The notes under the pieces: generated by a model
What the model saw: the letters and a program-made list of their open reading frames with translations, nothing else
Told to the model about the DNA's origin: nothing
The model's database searches: none
Source: an uncultured Sphaerobacteraceae bacterium
GTDB taxonomy: Bacteria; Chloroflexota; Chloroflexia; Thermomicrobiales; UBA6265
Direction: 5' to 3'
NCBI GenBank assembly: GCA_964526965.1
Contig: CAZGML010000002.1
Span: 1,506 to 65,505, forward strand
Length of the DNA: 64,000 nt
Shown: piece by piece, positions 46,154-56,173 of the stretch
Layout: every line of letters starts with the position of its first letter
How positions within the stretch are numbered: position 1 is the stretch's first letter
Translations under genes and position numbers: made by a program

Positions 46154-47450
46154 GACCCGGCTGGATAGATGGCCGCTCGCCATTGATATGTGGCGTATTA
46201 GCGGCAAGTTAGACTTGCGCTACGTGAATTGGTTCCTCAAGATCTTTGGCATGCACCGTCTGCCTCCTGCTGTCATGAGCCGCCTTTACACGCTCAACAT
46301 CCCCCCGGAAGTCGTTCACACCACGCTCAAATCCATTCGTAGCCTGGATGACTGGAGCCACGAATGGGTTGAAACGGCCCAGCAGTATCTCGGCACGTAT
46401 CGTCGGGAGATTTCCGCTGGTAACCTGATCGAGGCCGAACGCGCCCGGTATACAGCCGCAATGTGCTATCAGGCCGCGCAAATCATGGAGTTCAACGATC
46501 TCCGTACGCGGAACAGTTGTCGCGCCTGGGCGGCGAATCTGTATCGGCTCTCTTTACCGGCACGCAATGAGAATGCCCGACATTTGACTATTCCCTGGAA
46601 CGACCAGGAGATCCCGGTCCTTTTCGAAGTGCCCGAGCTCGGCGATGGCCCGTTTGGCCTCGTTATTCTGCTCAATGGGCTGTCGCTTTCGAAAGAGGAG
46701 ACGTTCAACTGGGCGCCCCGTTTTCTGAATGCCGGTTATGCGGTCATGGCGGTTGATAGCCCGGGGACGGGGGAGGCGACCTCGCTCGGGCCGGTCAATG
46801 CCTACTACACCGATATTCTGGATGGCGTTTTTGACCTCCTGCGGGATGAACCGTCGATTGACCTGCAGCAGGTCGCGCTGGTTGGCGCAAGCCTTGGTGG
46901 TAATGAAGCGATCCGAATCGCCAGGCGGAATCCGGACATCATGGCCGTGGTTGCTGTCACACCGGCGGTGCAGCCCGCGCGATGGATCGAGCACGCCTCG
47001 CCATTGCTGATGGCAGAGCTTGCTGACTTCGTCGAATCAAAGGATCCCGAAGGGATCGCCGAGAGTTTCGATGTACTGATTGGCGCGGAGTCGTCTGAGC
47101 AGCCAATGTTGGTGTTCGGCGCCGGACGCGATATGGTCGTGCCACCGAATGAAAGCCAACGTCTGGCGGAGCGGGTAGGGGAGCGTGCTACCTACGTCTG
47201 GTACCCGGATCTTGGACATTGCATGTACGTCGCTGCTGACCAGTGGTCGTTTGAGGCAGCCGTGTGGCTCTCTGCGATAAGCGAGGCGAAGTCCAATGGA
47301 GTAGGGGACCCCGCTGAACTGGCCGAAACAGGTCGCATGGCTATTGAAAACAGCTCATATGCTCGCCTCGATGGTCCCGACGACGATTGGGATGACGATG
47401 ACATCGGCGAGTACGCCCGGCTGATCACCAACAGCGACGACGACGCGTAA
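46146..47450 (+). CDS. Alpha/beta hydrolase, FrsA/DHPON-hydrolase-like
   Basis: NGLSLSKEE, DSPGTGE, GASLGG (Ser), GRDMVVP (Asp) and DLGHC (His). Confidence 0.85.
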   Translation: MSETRLDRWPLAIDMWRISGKLDLRYVNWFLKIFGMHRLPPAVMSRLYTLNIPPEVVHTTLKSIRSLDDWSHEWVETAQQYLGTYRREISAGNLIEAERARYTAAMCYQAAQIMEFNDLRTRNSCRAWAANLYRLSLPARNENARHLTIPWNDQEIPVLFEVPELGDGPFGLVILLNGLSLSKEETFNWAPRFLNAGYAVMAVDSPGTGEATSLGPVNAYYTDILDGVFDLLRDEPSIDLQQVALVGASLGGNEAIRIARRNPDIMAVVAVTPAVQPARWIEHASPLLMAELADFVESKDPEGIAESFDVLIGAESSEQPMLVFGAGRDMVVPPNESQRLAERVGERATYVWYPDLGHCMYVAADQWSFEAAVWLSAISEAKSNGVGDPAELAETGRMAIENSSYARLDGPDDDWDDDDIGEYARLITNSDDDA

Positions 47451-47591
47451 CCGCCTGTCGGGATGTCTTCTTCGGTTTTCATCGAAGAGTTGTAGTAGTT
47501 CGTCGACATGCGACGGAGCCTTTCCAGAAGTACACTTTGCCGAGGTGAGCGTGCTCACAGCGTGTTGATATCGAATGACCGAGGACGGTGC

Positions 47592-49118
47592 GTGACCGCA
47601 ACACAATTCGCCGACCAAACCAGGGTGGATTCCATCGCTCGCGTATTCCTGTGGCTGTTACTCGGTATGTTCCTGGCCAAAGGTGTCGTGATCGCGTTGA
47701 TGACATCGCCGTACTCCGGGCACGATGAGATCGCGCATTACAGCTACGTTCACGTGATGGCGGAAGAGGGGAGACTCCCGATCATCCCCGATCTCGACTC
47801 GTGGCGCGAAGCCCGCGCTTCTGGCGGCGACACCAGCTTCGATGAAATCCCCGATGAGTTCTACCCGTGGGCAGGCCACTTCACCACGCCAGACTGGTTG
47901 AGGGAGCAGCCAACTGTGCCCAGAGAGGTGCAGGCCGATGATGGCGAATGGTACCCGAGTGGCTGGGTCTACACTGCCAACCATCCGCCCCTCTATTACT
48001 TCTGGCAACTTCCGGTGTACATGGCCACCGACGGTCTGGAAACCGATCAGCAAACGTACTTTATGCGACTGGCCACAATTCCGTTTGGCCTCGGCATGGT
48101 GGCCTTCGCGTGGCTGGCGGCACGATCGCTGTTCCGAAACGACCTCTTCCTGCGCCTGTTGATTCCCGCGTTTGTCGCGTTCCAGCCGCAAATCGCCTAT
48201 GAATCCTCCATAATCAATAACGACATCGTTGCTATTATGTTCGCCAGTGGTGTGTTCTGGCTTATTATCGAAGGTCTTCGACGGGGGTTCACCTGGCAAC
48301 TCTCCGCGTGGCTTGGTGTTCTGTTCGGCATGGCAATGCTCGGCAAGGCCACATCGGCCACCATGGCCATCATCATCGCCGTTGCGATGATTGCCGGGGC
48401 CGGATGGCGCGCATGGCGAGAGTGGTTGCCGAAGGGAGCGCTCGTGGCCGGAATCGGTGCCGCCATCATCGCTCCCTGGCAGCTCTTCATGTTGCGTCAA
48501 TATGGCGACCCGACCGCGCTTGGCCAGATCTCGGATCTGCAATCCTGGTGGAACCAGGCGGACGATGATCCGCCCACCATTCTGGGACAACTCTTTGATC
48601 CCACGTTCTTCTGGTTCCGCTGGAAGGAAACGTGGGGCGAATTTGGATGGCGCCTCATTGAGCTCGACGGATATATGGCGGAAGTTTATGGAATCGGCGA
48701 GCGAAGCCCCACGTTCCTGACGGTGCTCCTGATAATCGTATTGATCGGGACAGCAGGTTGTGGAGTGTGGCTGTGGAGAGCGATTCGGCAGCGAGGGCAG
48801 GGGAGTGAGCCGGTGTTTGAACCTTATCGCTGGCAGTGGATCGCGCTCGGCACCATGGTGCTCGCGTGCGCGATCGGCTATTTCAGCGTGCTCCAGTTCG
48901 GCCTCAGCTTCAGCCTTACCCAGGCCCGGTACTACTTCCCAATGATCGTACCGGGGGCGATATTATTGATGCTCGGATTCCGGGCACTCACGCCGCGCAG
49001 GCTCGAACGATACGCCGGAGCCCTGATGTTTTTGGGACTCGTGCTGCTCAATATTCTTATATATACCGCCTGGTTCCTGCCGTACTGGTATCCGGAAGCC
49101 GGGAGCGCGGTACACTGA
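47592..49118 (+). CDS. GT-C family glycosyltransferase (GT39/DUF2142-like), copy 1
   Basis: GHDEIAHYSY, NHPPLYY, INNDI and TQARYYFP; many TM segments. Confidence 0.82.
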   Translation: MTATQFADQTRVDSIARVFLWLLLGMFLAKGVVIALMTSPYSGHDEIAHYSYVHVMAEEGRLPIIPDLDSWREARASGGDTSFDEIPDEFYPWAGHFTTPDWLREQPTVPREVQADDGEWYPSGWVYTANHPPLYYFWQLPVYMATDGLETDQQTYFMRLATIPFGLGMVAFAWLAARSLFRNDLFLRLLIPAFVAFQPQIAYESSIINNDIVAIMFASGVFWLIIEGLRRGFTWQLSAWLGVLFGMAMLGKATSATMAIIIAVAMIAGAGWRAWREWLPKGALVAGIGAAIIAPWQLFMLRQYGDPTALGQISDLQSWWNQADDDPPTILGQLFDPTFFWFRWKETWGEFGWRLIELDGYMAEVYGIGERSPTFLTVLLIIVLIGTAGCGVWLWRAIRQRGQGSEPVFEPYRWQWIALGTMVLACAIGYFSVLQFGLSFSLTQARYYFPMIVPGAILLMLGFRALTPRRLERYAGALMFLGLVLLNILIYTAWFLPYWYPEAGSAVH

Positions 49119-49179
49119 TTTCGTTACGCCTGCGGTGGGCAGGTATCGCCCCTGAAACGATGATGTGTGGGAGTGGCAT

Positions 49180-50727
49180 GTGAACCCTGCTGGCAGGCGA
49201 TCTGTACCACGCACATTTCTCTGGATTCTGCTGGCCCTCTTTGTGGCCAAGGGGTTTGTGACCGCTCTCGCGTTCCCCGCGTTTTCCGGACACGATGAAG
49301 TCGCTCACTACGCCTACCTTCGCATCCTCGCGGAAGAGGGACGAGTTCCCGTAATTCCCGAACTGGAATCCTGGCGTGAGGAGTACGACGAGCACGGTAC
49401 CGACGCCGAATGGGATCGGATGCCGGAGGAACTCTACGAATACGCTCACCAGGGCGGCAACGTGCTCACCTACACAACCAATGACTGGTACGGCGGAGAG
49501 AGCACCACGGTTTGGACGATTTCATACGACGGTGGATTCTACCCCTCTGGCTGGGTCTATACCGGCAATCACCCGCCCCTGTTTTACACGCTAATGGTGC
49601 CGATGTATCACCTCGTTAAGGGCATCGATACAGACCAGCAGCTCTTCCTCTTCCGGCTGGCAACGATCCCTTTTGGCATGGTGACGATCGTACTTGCGTA
49701 CCTGACAGTGCGCACGCTCTTTCCGCGGGACAAGTTCCTGGCTATGACGGTGCCAGCATTCGTCGCCTTTCAGCCGCAAATCTCATACGAATCGGTGATG
49801 CTGAATAACGATATCCTCGCCATCATGCTCACGAGCGCGGTGGTATGGATGCTCGCGTTAGGATTGCGGAAACGGTTCCCGTGGTGGGTTTGTATGGCAA
49901 CCGGGATTTTCCTCGGATTTGCTGTGCTGGCGAAGTCGACCTCCGTCATGGTTGCTGCGCTCGTTGGCATCGCAATGGTCTTCGGCATTGGTATTCGACG
50001 ATGGAAAGAATGGCTCTCCAAGGGCGCGGTTACAGCGGCCATTAGCGGATTGCTCGTATTCCCCTGGTTCCTGTACATGATGGTTCAATACGGCGACCCT
50101 ACCGCGCTAAATCGGGTGGAAGCCCTGCAATGGTGGAATTACTCGGGCGGATCGAACCCCACCTTCATGGAGATGCTCACCAGCCGTGGATTCCACTGGG
50201 CACGGTTTAAAGAAACGTGGGGCGCGTTTGGCTGGCGTCGTATCCAGTTCGACATGGCTGGTGATGCCACGCTGTTGAGGGTCATTTTGTGGGTCACGCT
50301 CTTTGCCGTGGTTGGCCTGGCGATTTATGCGCTCCGATTCCTGCGTGAGCAACGCGAGATGATAGCGGCTGAGGAAGACGGGGCAACGCTGACAGACCTG
50401 TACGAGCGGCGAGATGAAACGCTTGCTGTTATGCCCTGGCAGGTGACCGGCATTCTGACAATGGGCGTGGCGTGCGTGTTGGGGTACTACGCGGTGTTGC
50501 AGTTCGGTACGTCGTTCGCGCTCACGCAGGCCCGGTACTACTTCCCAATGATCGTACCGGCCGCCATCCTGTTTATGCTCGGGTTTCGGTCGTGGTTCCC
50601 GCACCGATGGCTTTCGTACGTCGGTGCGGGAGTATTCCTCGGGCTCGTGGCGCTGAATGTCATCATTTACTCAGCGTATGTGGTGCCATTCTGGCCGGGA
50701 TTCACAGACGCCCCGTTGCTACCATGA
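49180..50727 (+). CDS. GT-C family glycosyltransferase (GT39/DUF2142-like), copy 2
   Basis: GHDEVAHYAY, NHPPLFY, LNNDI and TQARYYFP. Confidence 0.82.
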   Translation: MNPAGRRSVPRTFLWILLALFVAKGFVTALAFPAFSGHDEVAHYAYLRILAEEGRVPVIPELESWREEYDEHGTDAEWDRMPEELYEYAHQGGNVLTYTTNDWYGGESTTVWTISYDGGFYPSGWVYTGNHPPLFYTLMVPMYHLVKGIDTDQQLFLFRLATIPFGMVTIVLAYLTVRTLFPRDKFLAMTVPAFVAFQPQISYESVMLNNDILAIMLTSAVVWMLALGLRKRFPWWVCMATGIFLGFAVLAKSTSVMVAALVGIAMVFGIGIRRWKEWLSKGAVTAAISGLLVFPWFLYMMVQYGDPTALNRVEALQWWNYSGGSNPTFMEMLTSRGFHWARFKETWGAFGWRRIQFDMAGDATLLRVILWVTLFAVVGLAIYALRFLREQREMIAAEEDGATLTDLYERRDETLAVMPWQVTGILTMGVACVLGYYAVLQFGTSFALTQARYYFPMIVPAAILFMLGFRSWFPHRWLSYVGAGVFLGLVALNVIIYSAYVVPFWPGFTDAPLLP

Positions 50728-53700
50728 GCGCACCTGGGCCATAACGCTTTCGACATCCTCCGCCCCAAGTTTGCCTTCGCGAATAGCCGCTGAGGCGAGT
50801 TCGATGATACGGGCACGGATATCGTGCTCGCGCATCTGCGTACCCTGGGCGACATACCCCTCGGAGATAATCCACAGCTCAAACGCTTCAAGCGGCTTCT
50901 CCGCCATGGGCGGATCGTCCATCGTCTGCAAGGTCTCCAGCAATCGATGGCCGTCGTTATCCACATCGGCCTGAAGCTGCTGCATCTCCTCCAGGGCAAC
51001 GGCATCAATCATCTCGGCCTCGCCGAGGATACCTGTCGGCATAGGACGCGCCCGACCAATGCGCCACATATGCACAGCGTCATCCAGCAGTCTCGCCCGG
51101 AGGTGGACTCCCTCCAGCCTTGATTGAATGTCCGGATGAATCAACTGCAGGCGTTCCGGATTGGTGCGCTCCAGCGATTCCAGTTGCCCGAGCGTCACGA
51201 TATCCTCCTGTAACAGCGCGTGCACGATGTCTGGCTCTGGAAGAACATGCCACAAGTGAGTGCTACCAATGCTGGATGCCCAGGGATCGATAGCCGGAAT
51301 GCGCATGGCAGCCGCCCAGGTTTCTGGATCGTAATCGGCGGGGGAGGGGAGTGATGGCTGCTCGGCGACGCTCGGTTCCGGAATTGGCAGGCGGTCAAAG
51401 CCGGCATCTCGCCGCACTTCCGCAAGCTCCACGACCTTTACTTGCGGACGTTCGTCTTCCGGCAGCGATTCGACTCGCTGCATCCAGCGGGCAACCTCAT
51501 CGCCCTGGGCGGTGAAGTAAAAGACCTGCCGCCCATGTCGGCAGATATCGATGGCCGCGTCGATGATTGCGCTGGCGCGGAATTCGTCGCTGTTACCAAG
51601 TGTTTCGTCCAGAATTACCGGCAGCTTCGGCCCGACTTCCACGTTCTCCACAAAGGCGAGGCGAATGGCCATGAGCAACTGCACGCGTGTGCCGGAACTA
51701 AGCTGGTCGAGCGTGAGCGTGGATGCTGTGGAGGTATCCAGCGCCGTAAACTCCGGTGGCGGACCACTCTCGAATTGAAGTTCGTATTTGCCGCGGGTAA
51801 TGATGGCAAAGAGCTCTCGCGCCCGGTGGAACACAATCGGCAAGGCTGCATCGCGCGTTTCTTGCTGAACTGTTGAGAGCAGCAGGTCGCCGACGGATCG
51901 CTCCATCACCCGTTGTCGCTCCTTGCCGAGCTTCAGGCGGGCACTATCCAGTTCAGCCAGGGCGACTTCGCGGTCGACTGAATGGGCAGCGGCCTGCTCC
52001 TGGCGGTTGAGCTCTTGCAGTTGTGCTTCGATCTCTGGCAGTTCGTCGGCGACCTGCTGTGCAGAGTCACGTTTGGATGTGAGCGTGTCCACATCCATTT
52101 CGCGCCACTCTGGTGTCAGGCCAAGCGCCTCCCAGGCCTCATGTACCGCTGCCTTGCGCTCCTCAAGACGCTCCTGCGTGGCAACGAGCCGTGATCGCTG
52201 CTGCTGCAGATCCTGCATCCCGGAAGTATCACCCGGCTGCAGACCGAACCGATGATAAATCGCATCCCGCTCCGCCTGGAGCGAATCGAGGGCGGGCTGG
52301 AGTGAATCGTCGATGTTGTGCTGAATCGCATCGCGCTCGTTGCGAGCTTTGTCGAGCTGTTCGATGCGGCGCTCGAGATCGTCGATTTGTTGTGAGAGTT
52401 CACCGTCCCCGAGTCCGAGCCCGTTGAGAATCGTCTTCACACGTGCTTGCAGGGTCGATTTGTCCGCTTGCAGTCGATCTCGCTTCGCCTCGATTCCGCG
52501 CACAATCGCGTCGGCTGCTTGCCAGCGGCCGAGGTTGTCGGCGAGGAGGCGGAGGCTTTCTTCCTTCAGGTCCGGCGCAATGCCGTATTTCTCGATGGCG
52601 GCTTCGCGACGAGATTCGGTGTCGCGCCAGGCTTTGTCGAGTTCGGCGCGCTCCTGCTCCAGGTCTTGCCAGCGATCGGCCTTCTCCTGCTCTACAAGCG
52701 CGACCTTTAATTCATCTCGCAGCTGGGCGAGCGTGTCGCGCACGTGATGGGTGCGCCACTCTTGCGGCTGGGGGAGGGGAAGGGTGCTGTAGGTTTCTTC
52801 CAGTTCGGCAGCAATGCGCGGCGAGTCGGAGGAGGTGAATCGCCAGGCGAGTACCACCACGATGACTCCGACGGCGGCAAGAATCCACCACAGCGGATCG
52901 ACCGATGTGGCCAGAACGGCACCGGCCGCTGCAAGCAGCACACCCGCTCCGACACCGATCCAGCGTGAAACGCCGGCAGTCTCCCGCTGTTCAGCCGCGT
53001 TTGGGTGCTGAAGGCGCAATTGGAGTGTCTCCACACCCTGTTGCAGCGCCTCGAGATTTTCGGGTGGCTTCACACCGCCTAACCAAATCTCTACCTCGTC
53101 TCGCGCTGTCCGGCGGGCCTGGATCTTCTCATACGATGCAGCGATATCGGCGAACTCACGCATGCCGTCAGCGTCTACAGCGGCGATCTGTTCGTCGTTG
53201 ATATCCGCCGCCACGCGATTCTGGTGGGCGCTGCGCTCGGAAATAGCGGAGGTTATCTCCCGATCAGTCTCTGTGATGAGGTCGTCGATCTCTGAGAGCT
53301 GCTCGTGCGTCTGGCGCAGTGATTTCAGTTGGTCAGCAGGGTTTTTCGCGTTCCCGATACCGGTCGCGTCCATTTGGGCTTGCCAACGATCTCGCTGGCG
53401 AGTGGCTTCGGCGATGCGGTTGGACTGTTCCGCCATGCGGCTATCGAGCTCGGCGATTTGCGCTGGCTCATCCCCTGTAAGAGACCGGACGGTTTCCGGG
53501 AACTCCGCCATTTCTGCCGCAACCGTTGCTTCGTCGGCTCGGCGACGCTGGTATTCCAGCGCGCTATCGATAGCTGTGATATCGCGAGCCGCAGCCCGGC
53601 TTTTCTCGCGACGGGAGAGCAGTTGGCCTCGACCGGCAAGCGTTTGTTGGAGTTCGTCTTCCCTGGCACGTACTTCTCGCAGCGCTGCAGTTGCCTGTTG

Positions 53701-54225
53701 CACATCGTTCGCGGCCTGGAGGCGCGGCGGAATGCTGCCATCGAACCCAAGCGTTTCGGCGACCTGTGGCAAATCGAACCCGCCGCTCGATTCGTTCAGG
53801 ATCGCCTGTGCCAATGGTTGGTTCTCGCTGGCCAGGAGGTCAGGCAGGCCGAGAGAATACCGGGCGCGGTCATCCAGAGGAGCAATCAGCGGAGCCTCGG
53901 CAGGTTCGCCGTTACGGTTGCGTTGCACGTTGGCAGCGCTGGCTTCGATGCTCCAGTGTTCGCCATTGATGGTGAACGTCGCGGCGAGGTGATGCCCGCG
54001 CAGGGCACTTTGGTGTGGCCACAGTACAGATTGAATCGCCCTGGCGGTTGTGCTCTTTCCGCTGGCGTTGGGACCGAAAATGATCGTGATTTCCGGGCTG
54101 AGTTCATCCAGCGTGAATCCGGGAGAAATGCCCGGAGCACGCATAACGCTGATGCTGTTCAGCACCAGCGATGAGCGATCGTCTTCCTGGCTGCGGGCGT
54201 GCGTGGCAGGTGTTGCGTTGGTCAT
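50719..54225 (-). CDS. YhaN/Rad50-like coiled-coil ATPase with central TM hairpin
   Basis: Walker A GPNASGKST, signature LSSGT, Walker B ILDETLGNSD, YFTAQ, long coiled coils. Confidence 0.88.
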   Translation of the reverse strand: MTNATPATHARSQEDDRSSLVLNSISVMRAPGISPGFTLDELSPEITIIFGPNASGKSTTARAIQSVLWPHQSALRGHHLAATFTINGEHWSIEASAANVQRNRNGEPAEAPLIAPLDDRARYSLGLPDLLASENQPLAQAILNESSGGFDLPQVAETLGFDGSIPPRLQAANDVQQATAALREVRAREDELQQTLAGRGQLLSRREKSRAAARDITAIDSALEYQRRRADEATVAAEMAEFPETVRSLTGDEPAQIAELDSRMAEQSNRIAEATRQRDRWQAQMDATGIGNAKNPADQLKSLRQTHEQLSEIDDLITETDREITSAISERSAHQNRVAADINDEQIAAVDADGMREFADIAASYEKIQARRTARDEVEIWLGGVKPPENLEALQQGVETLQLRLQHPNAAEQRETAGVSRWIGVGAGVLLAAAGAVLATSVDPLWWILAAVGVIVVVLAWRFTSSDSPRIAAELEETYSTLPLPQPQEWRTHHVRDTLAQLRDELKVALVEQEKADRWQDLEQERAELDKAWRDTESRREAAIEKYGIAPDLKEESLRLLADNLGRWQAADAIVRGIEAKRDRLQADKSTLQARVKTILNGLGLGDGELSQQIDDLERRIEQLDKARNERDAIQHNIDDSLQPALDSLQAERDAIYHRFGLQPGDTSGMQDLQQQRSRLVATQERLEERKAAVHEAWEALGLTPEWREMDVDTLTSKRDSAQQVADELPEIEAQLQELNRQEQAAAHSVDREVALAELDSARLKLGKERQRVMERSVGDLLLSTVQQETRDAALPIVFHRARELFAIITRGKYELQFESGPPPEFTALDTSTASTLTLDQLSSGTRVQLLMAIRLAFVENVEVGPKLPVILDETLGNSDEFRASAIIDAAIDICRHGRQVFYFTAQGDEVARWMQRVESLPEDERPQVKVVELAEVRRDAGFDRLPIPEPSVAEQPSLPSPADYDPETWAAAMRIPAIDPWASSIGSTHLWHVLPEPDIVHALLQEDIVTLGQLESLERTNPERLQLIHPDIQSRLEGVHLRARLLDDAVHMWRIGRARPMPTGILGEAEMIDAVALEEMQQLQADVDNDGHRLLETLQTMDDPPMAEKPLEAFELWIISEGYVAQGTQMREHDIRARIIELASAAIREGKLGAEDVESVMAQVRSW

Positions 54226-55412
54226 TAGTCAATCCCTCGTTGGCGCACAAGCGCATCGAGTGTTGCCCACCCTTGTCGGCGGAGCAGAGTGTGGGCGTCG
54301 ACGGTCGGTTCCATGTCGAGAATCGATCCAAACACGCGTGCGTGCGAAATCGCCAACAGTTTCTGTTCGGTAGCAGTGAGGAGTCGGGCTTGTGCTTCGT
54401 TTAGCTCACTGCCAGAGTCCAGCGCTGTGATCAGCCTCGCGACTTCTCCGACCGGATCCGGGCGGCTCACAAGCGGCTCGAGATCGACAGGCGGGGTGGC
54501 GTCGATAGCGATATTATCGATTCCAATAGTCATGCTGTCGTGCTCGATGACGAGCATGCTCTCGAGATCTTTCGCGGTATCTGCAAGCGCCGGGTAGAGC
54601 CGGGTCGATCCGGTGAGTGTGATGTCTGCCACCAGTAAGTGGGCAATGCTGCCGTCCTGCCTGGCTGCGTTAGCGTAGTCGACAAGGTGTTCAGTGATGA
54701 TGCGTTCGAAGGTGTCGAGATCGTTCGCGCCGCTGATGTCGATATCGAGGGATGCATACTCAAGACTGGCAAGAGGAAAGAATCGAGTTTCCCGTTCTTC
54801 TGTGTCTATCAACCATGCACCGTGTCGGCCTGTCTCATGAGGGGTGAGTGGCGCCGTTGAGCCAGGCTCAATGAGCAGGGAGAACTGGGGATTGGCCGTA
54901 TCGCCCTGTAACGGATCGGTAAGAATCCAGACGGTATCTGGATGATCGACCTGCTCCAGCGTGATCGGATTCTCGACCGGAGTTTCATGGCTCTCCGCCA
55001 GCGCACCATCAATCACATGCACCGCGGGATTGCCCGTCACTTCCTTGCTCCTGGTGAAAACCGGATCCCAGTCGAGCGAGATATCGAGCCAGTGGACAGC
55101 CTCGTCTGGCGCAAAACGGGCGAGGTTGTGTGGAGTGAATGCCCCGTTTGCGACTGCGATCACAGGGATGTCGGCTTGTTGGAGTTCGGCCAGGCCGTCA
55201 GTTAGCGGCCCCCACGGCTCCAGGCCGGTATTGGTGGAGGCTAGCGTTTGTCCACTCAGCAGCACCGCATGAACGTCATGCTGCACGGCGAGCGCTACCG
55301 CTCGCTGCCAGGCTGCCCGGGTAGAAAACGCTCGTGAATCAGATGCTAAGTGAGAGGGTATGCCACCTGGCGCACTGCCGAGTCGCAAATGGTTGACAGA
55401 GAGGAAACGCAT
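54225..55412 (-). CDS. YhaO/Mre11/SbcD-like phosphoesterase-fold protein with degenerate active site
   Basis: MRFLSVNHLRLG, AWQRAVALA...VHAVLLSGQ, LAELQQADIPVIAV and PGSTAPLTPHETGRHG. TAATG overlap with the ATPase gene. Confidence 0.78.
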   Translation of the reverse strand: MRFLSVNHLRLGSAPGGIPSHLASDSRAFSTRAAWQRAVALAVQHDVHAVLLSGQTLASTNTGLEPWGPLTDGLAELQQADIPVIAVANGAFTPHNLARFAPDEAVHWLDISLDWDPVFTRSKEVTGNPAVHVIDGALAESHETPVENPITLEQVDHPDTVWILTDPLQGDTANPQFSLLIEPGSTAPLTPHETGRHGAWLIDTEERETRFFPLASLEYASLDIDISGANDLDTFERIITEHLVDYANAARQDGSIAHLLVADITLTGSTRLYPALADTAKDLESMLVIEHDSMTIGIDNIAIDATPPVDLEPLVSRPDPVGEVARLITALDSGSELNEAQARLLTATEQKLLAISHARVFGSILDMEPTVDAHTLLRRQGWATLDALVRQRGID

Positions 55413-55493
55413 GGGCGGACCTTTCGCGGGTAGTCAAGAGCTTTGCTCGCACATGAAAACCCTAGCCCGATAGGTACGCCCATGGCAACACGA

Positions 55494-56060
55494 TTAATCG
55501 TCTGACCTCGCACCACGGATGCGAATTCCGAAGGCAATCGCAGCGATGCCTCCAAGAATCGCATAAATTGCGATCACCCAGATCAGGGAGAGCGCGCCGG
55601 CGCCCGGGAAGATCACCATGGCGAGGCCGAAAACGATGCCGATAAGGCCGAGGAGACCCATCGACCATTCCTTATCGATTTCCTTGCGCAGCCGGATGGC
55701 GTGGATAATCGCGAGCACGCCGGTAACTATCGCGTAAAGTCCAATTGTGACAATAAGCCAAATTGCTGAGAAGCCCGGGAAGGCCACGATAAAGAGACCG
55801 AAGAGGATACCGGCAATGCCGATAACGATGACCGGCCATATGCGGTCGAACTTGTCGCGCTCGGCGATGATGCTAATAATGGCGAGAATACCATCTGCCA
55901 TCAGCCAGATACCGGTGAGCCAGAGCATAACGGTTAGCGTGAGGCCGGGCCAGATCCAGGCGACGATACCAAATACGATGGCGAGGATGCCGCGTAGCAC
56001 GAACATCCACCAATATTTGGACAGGATTTCCAGTTGTTCTCCAAAGGGTCTCGTAATCAT
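55494..56060 (-). CDS. HdeD/DUF308 membrane protein
   Basis: WWMFVLRGILAIVFGIVAWIWPG. AAGGAG RBS. Confidence 0.9.
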   Translation of the reverse strand: MITRPFGEQLEILSKYWWMFVLRGILAIVFGIVAWIWPGLTLTVMLWLTGIWLMADGILAIISIIAERDKFDRIWPVIVIGIAGILFGLFIVAFPGFSAIWLIVTIGLYAIVTGVLAIIHAIRLRKEIDKEWSMGLLGLIGIVFGLAMVIFPGAGALSLIWVIAIYAILGGIAAIAFGIRIRGARSDD

Positions 56061-56173
56061 TCGAACTCCTTTGCGTCTTCGTAAGGCCGTCACACATCGT
56101 AACGGCGAATTGTATACACCGATCGTAACCGTTCGGGAGAAAAAGTGACACAGTGGGATTGATCTTGGCGGCG

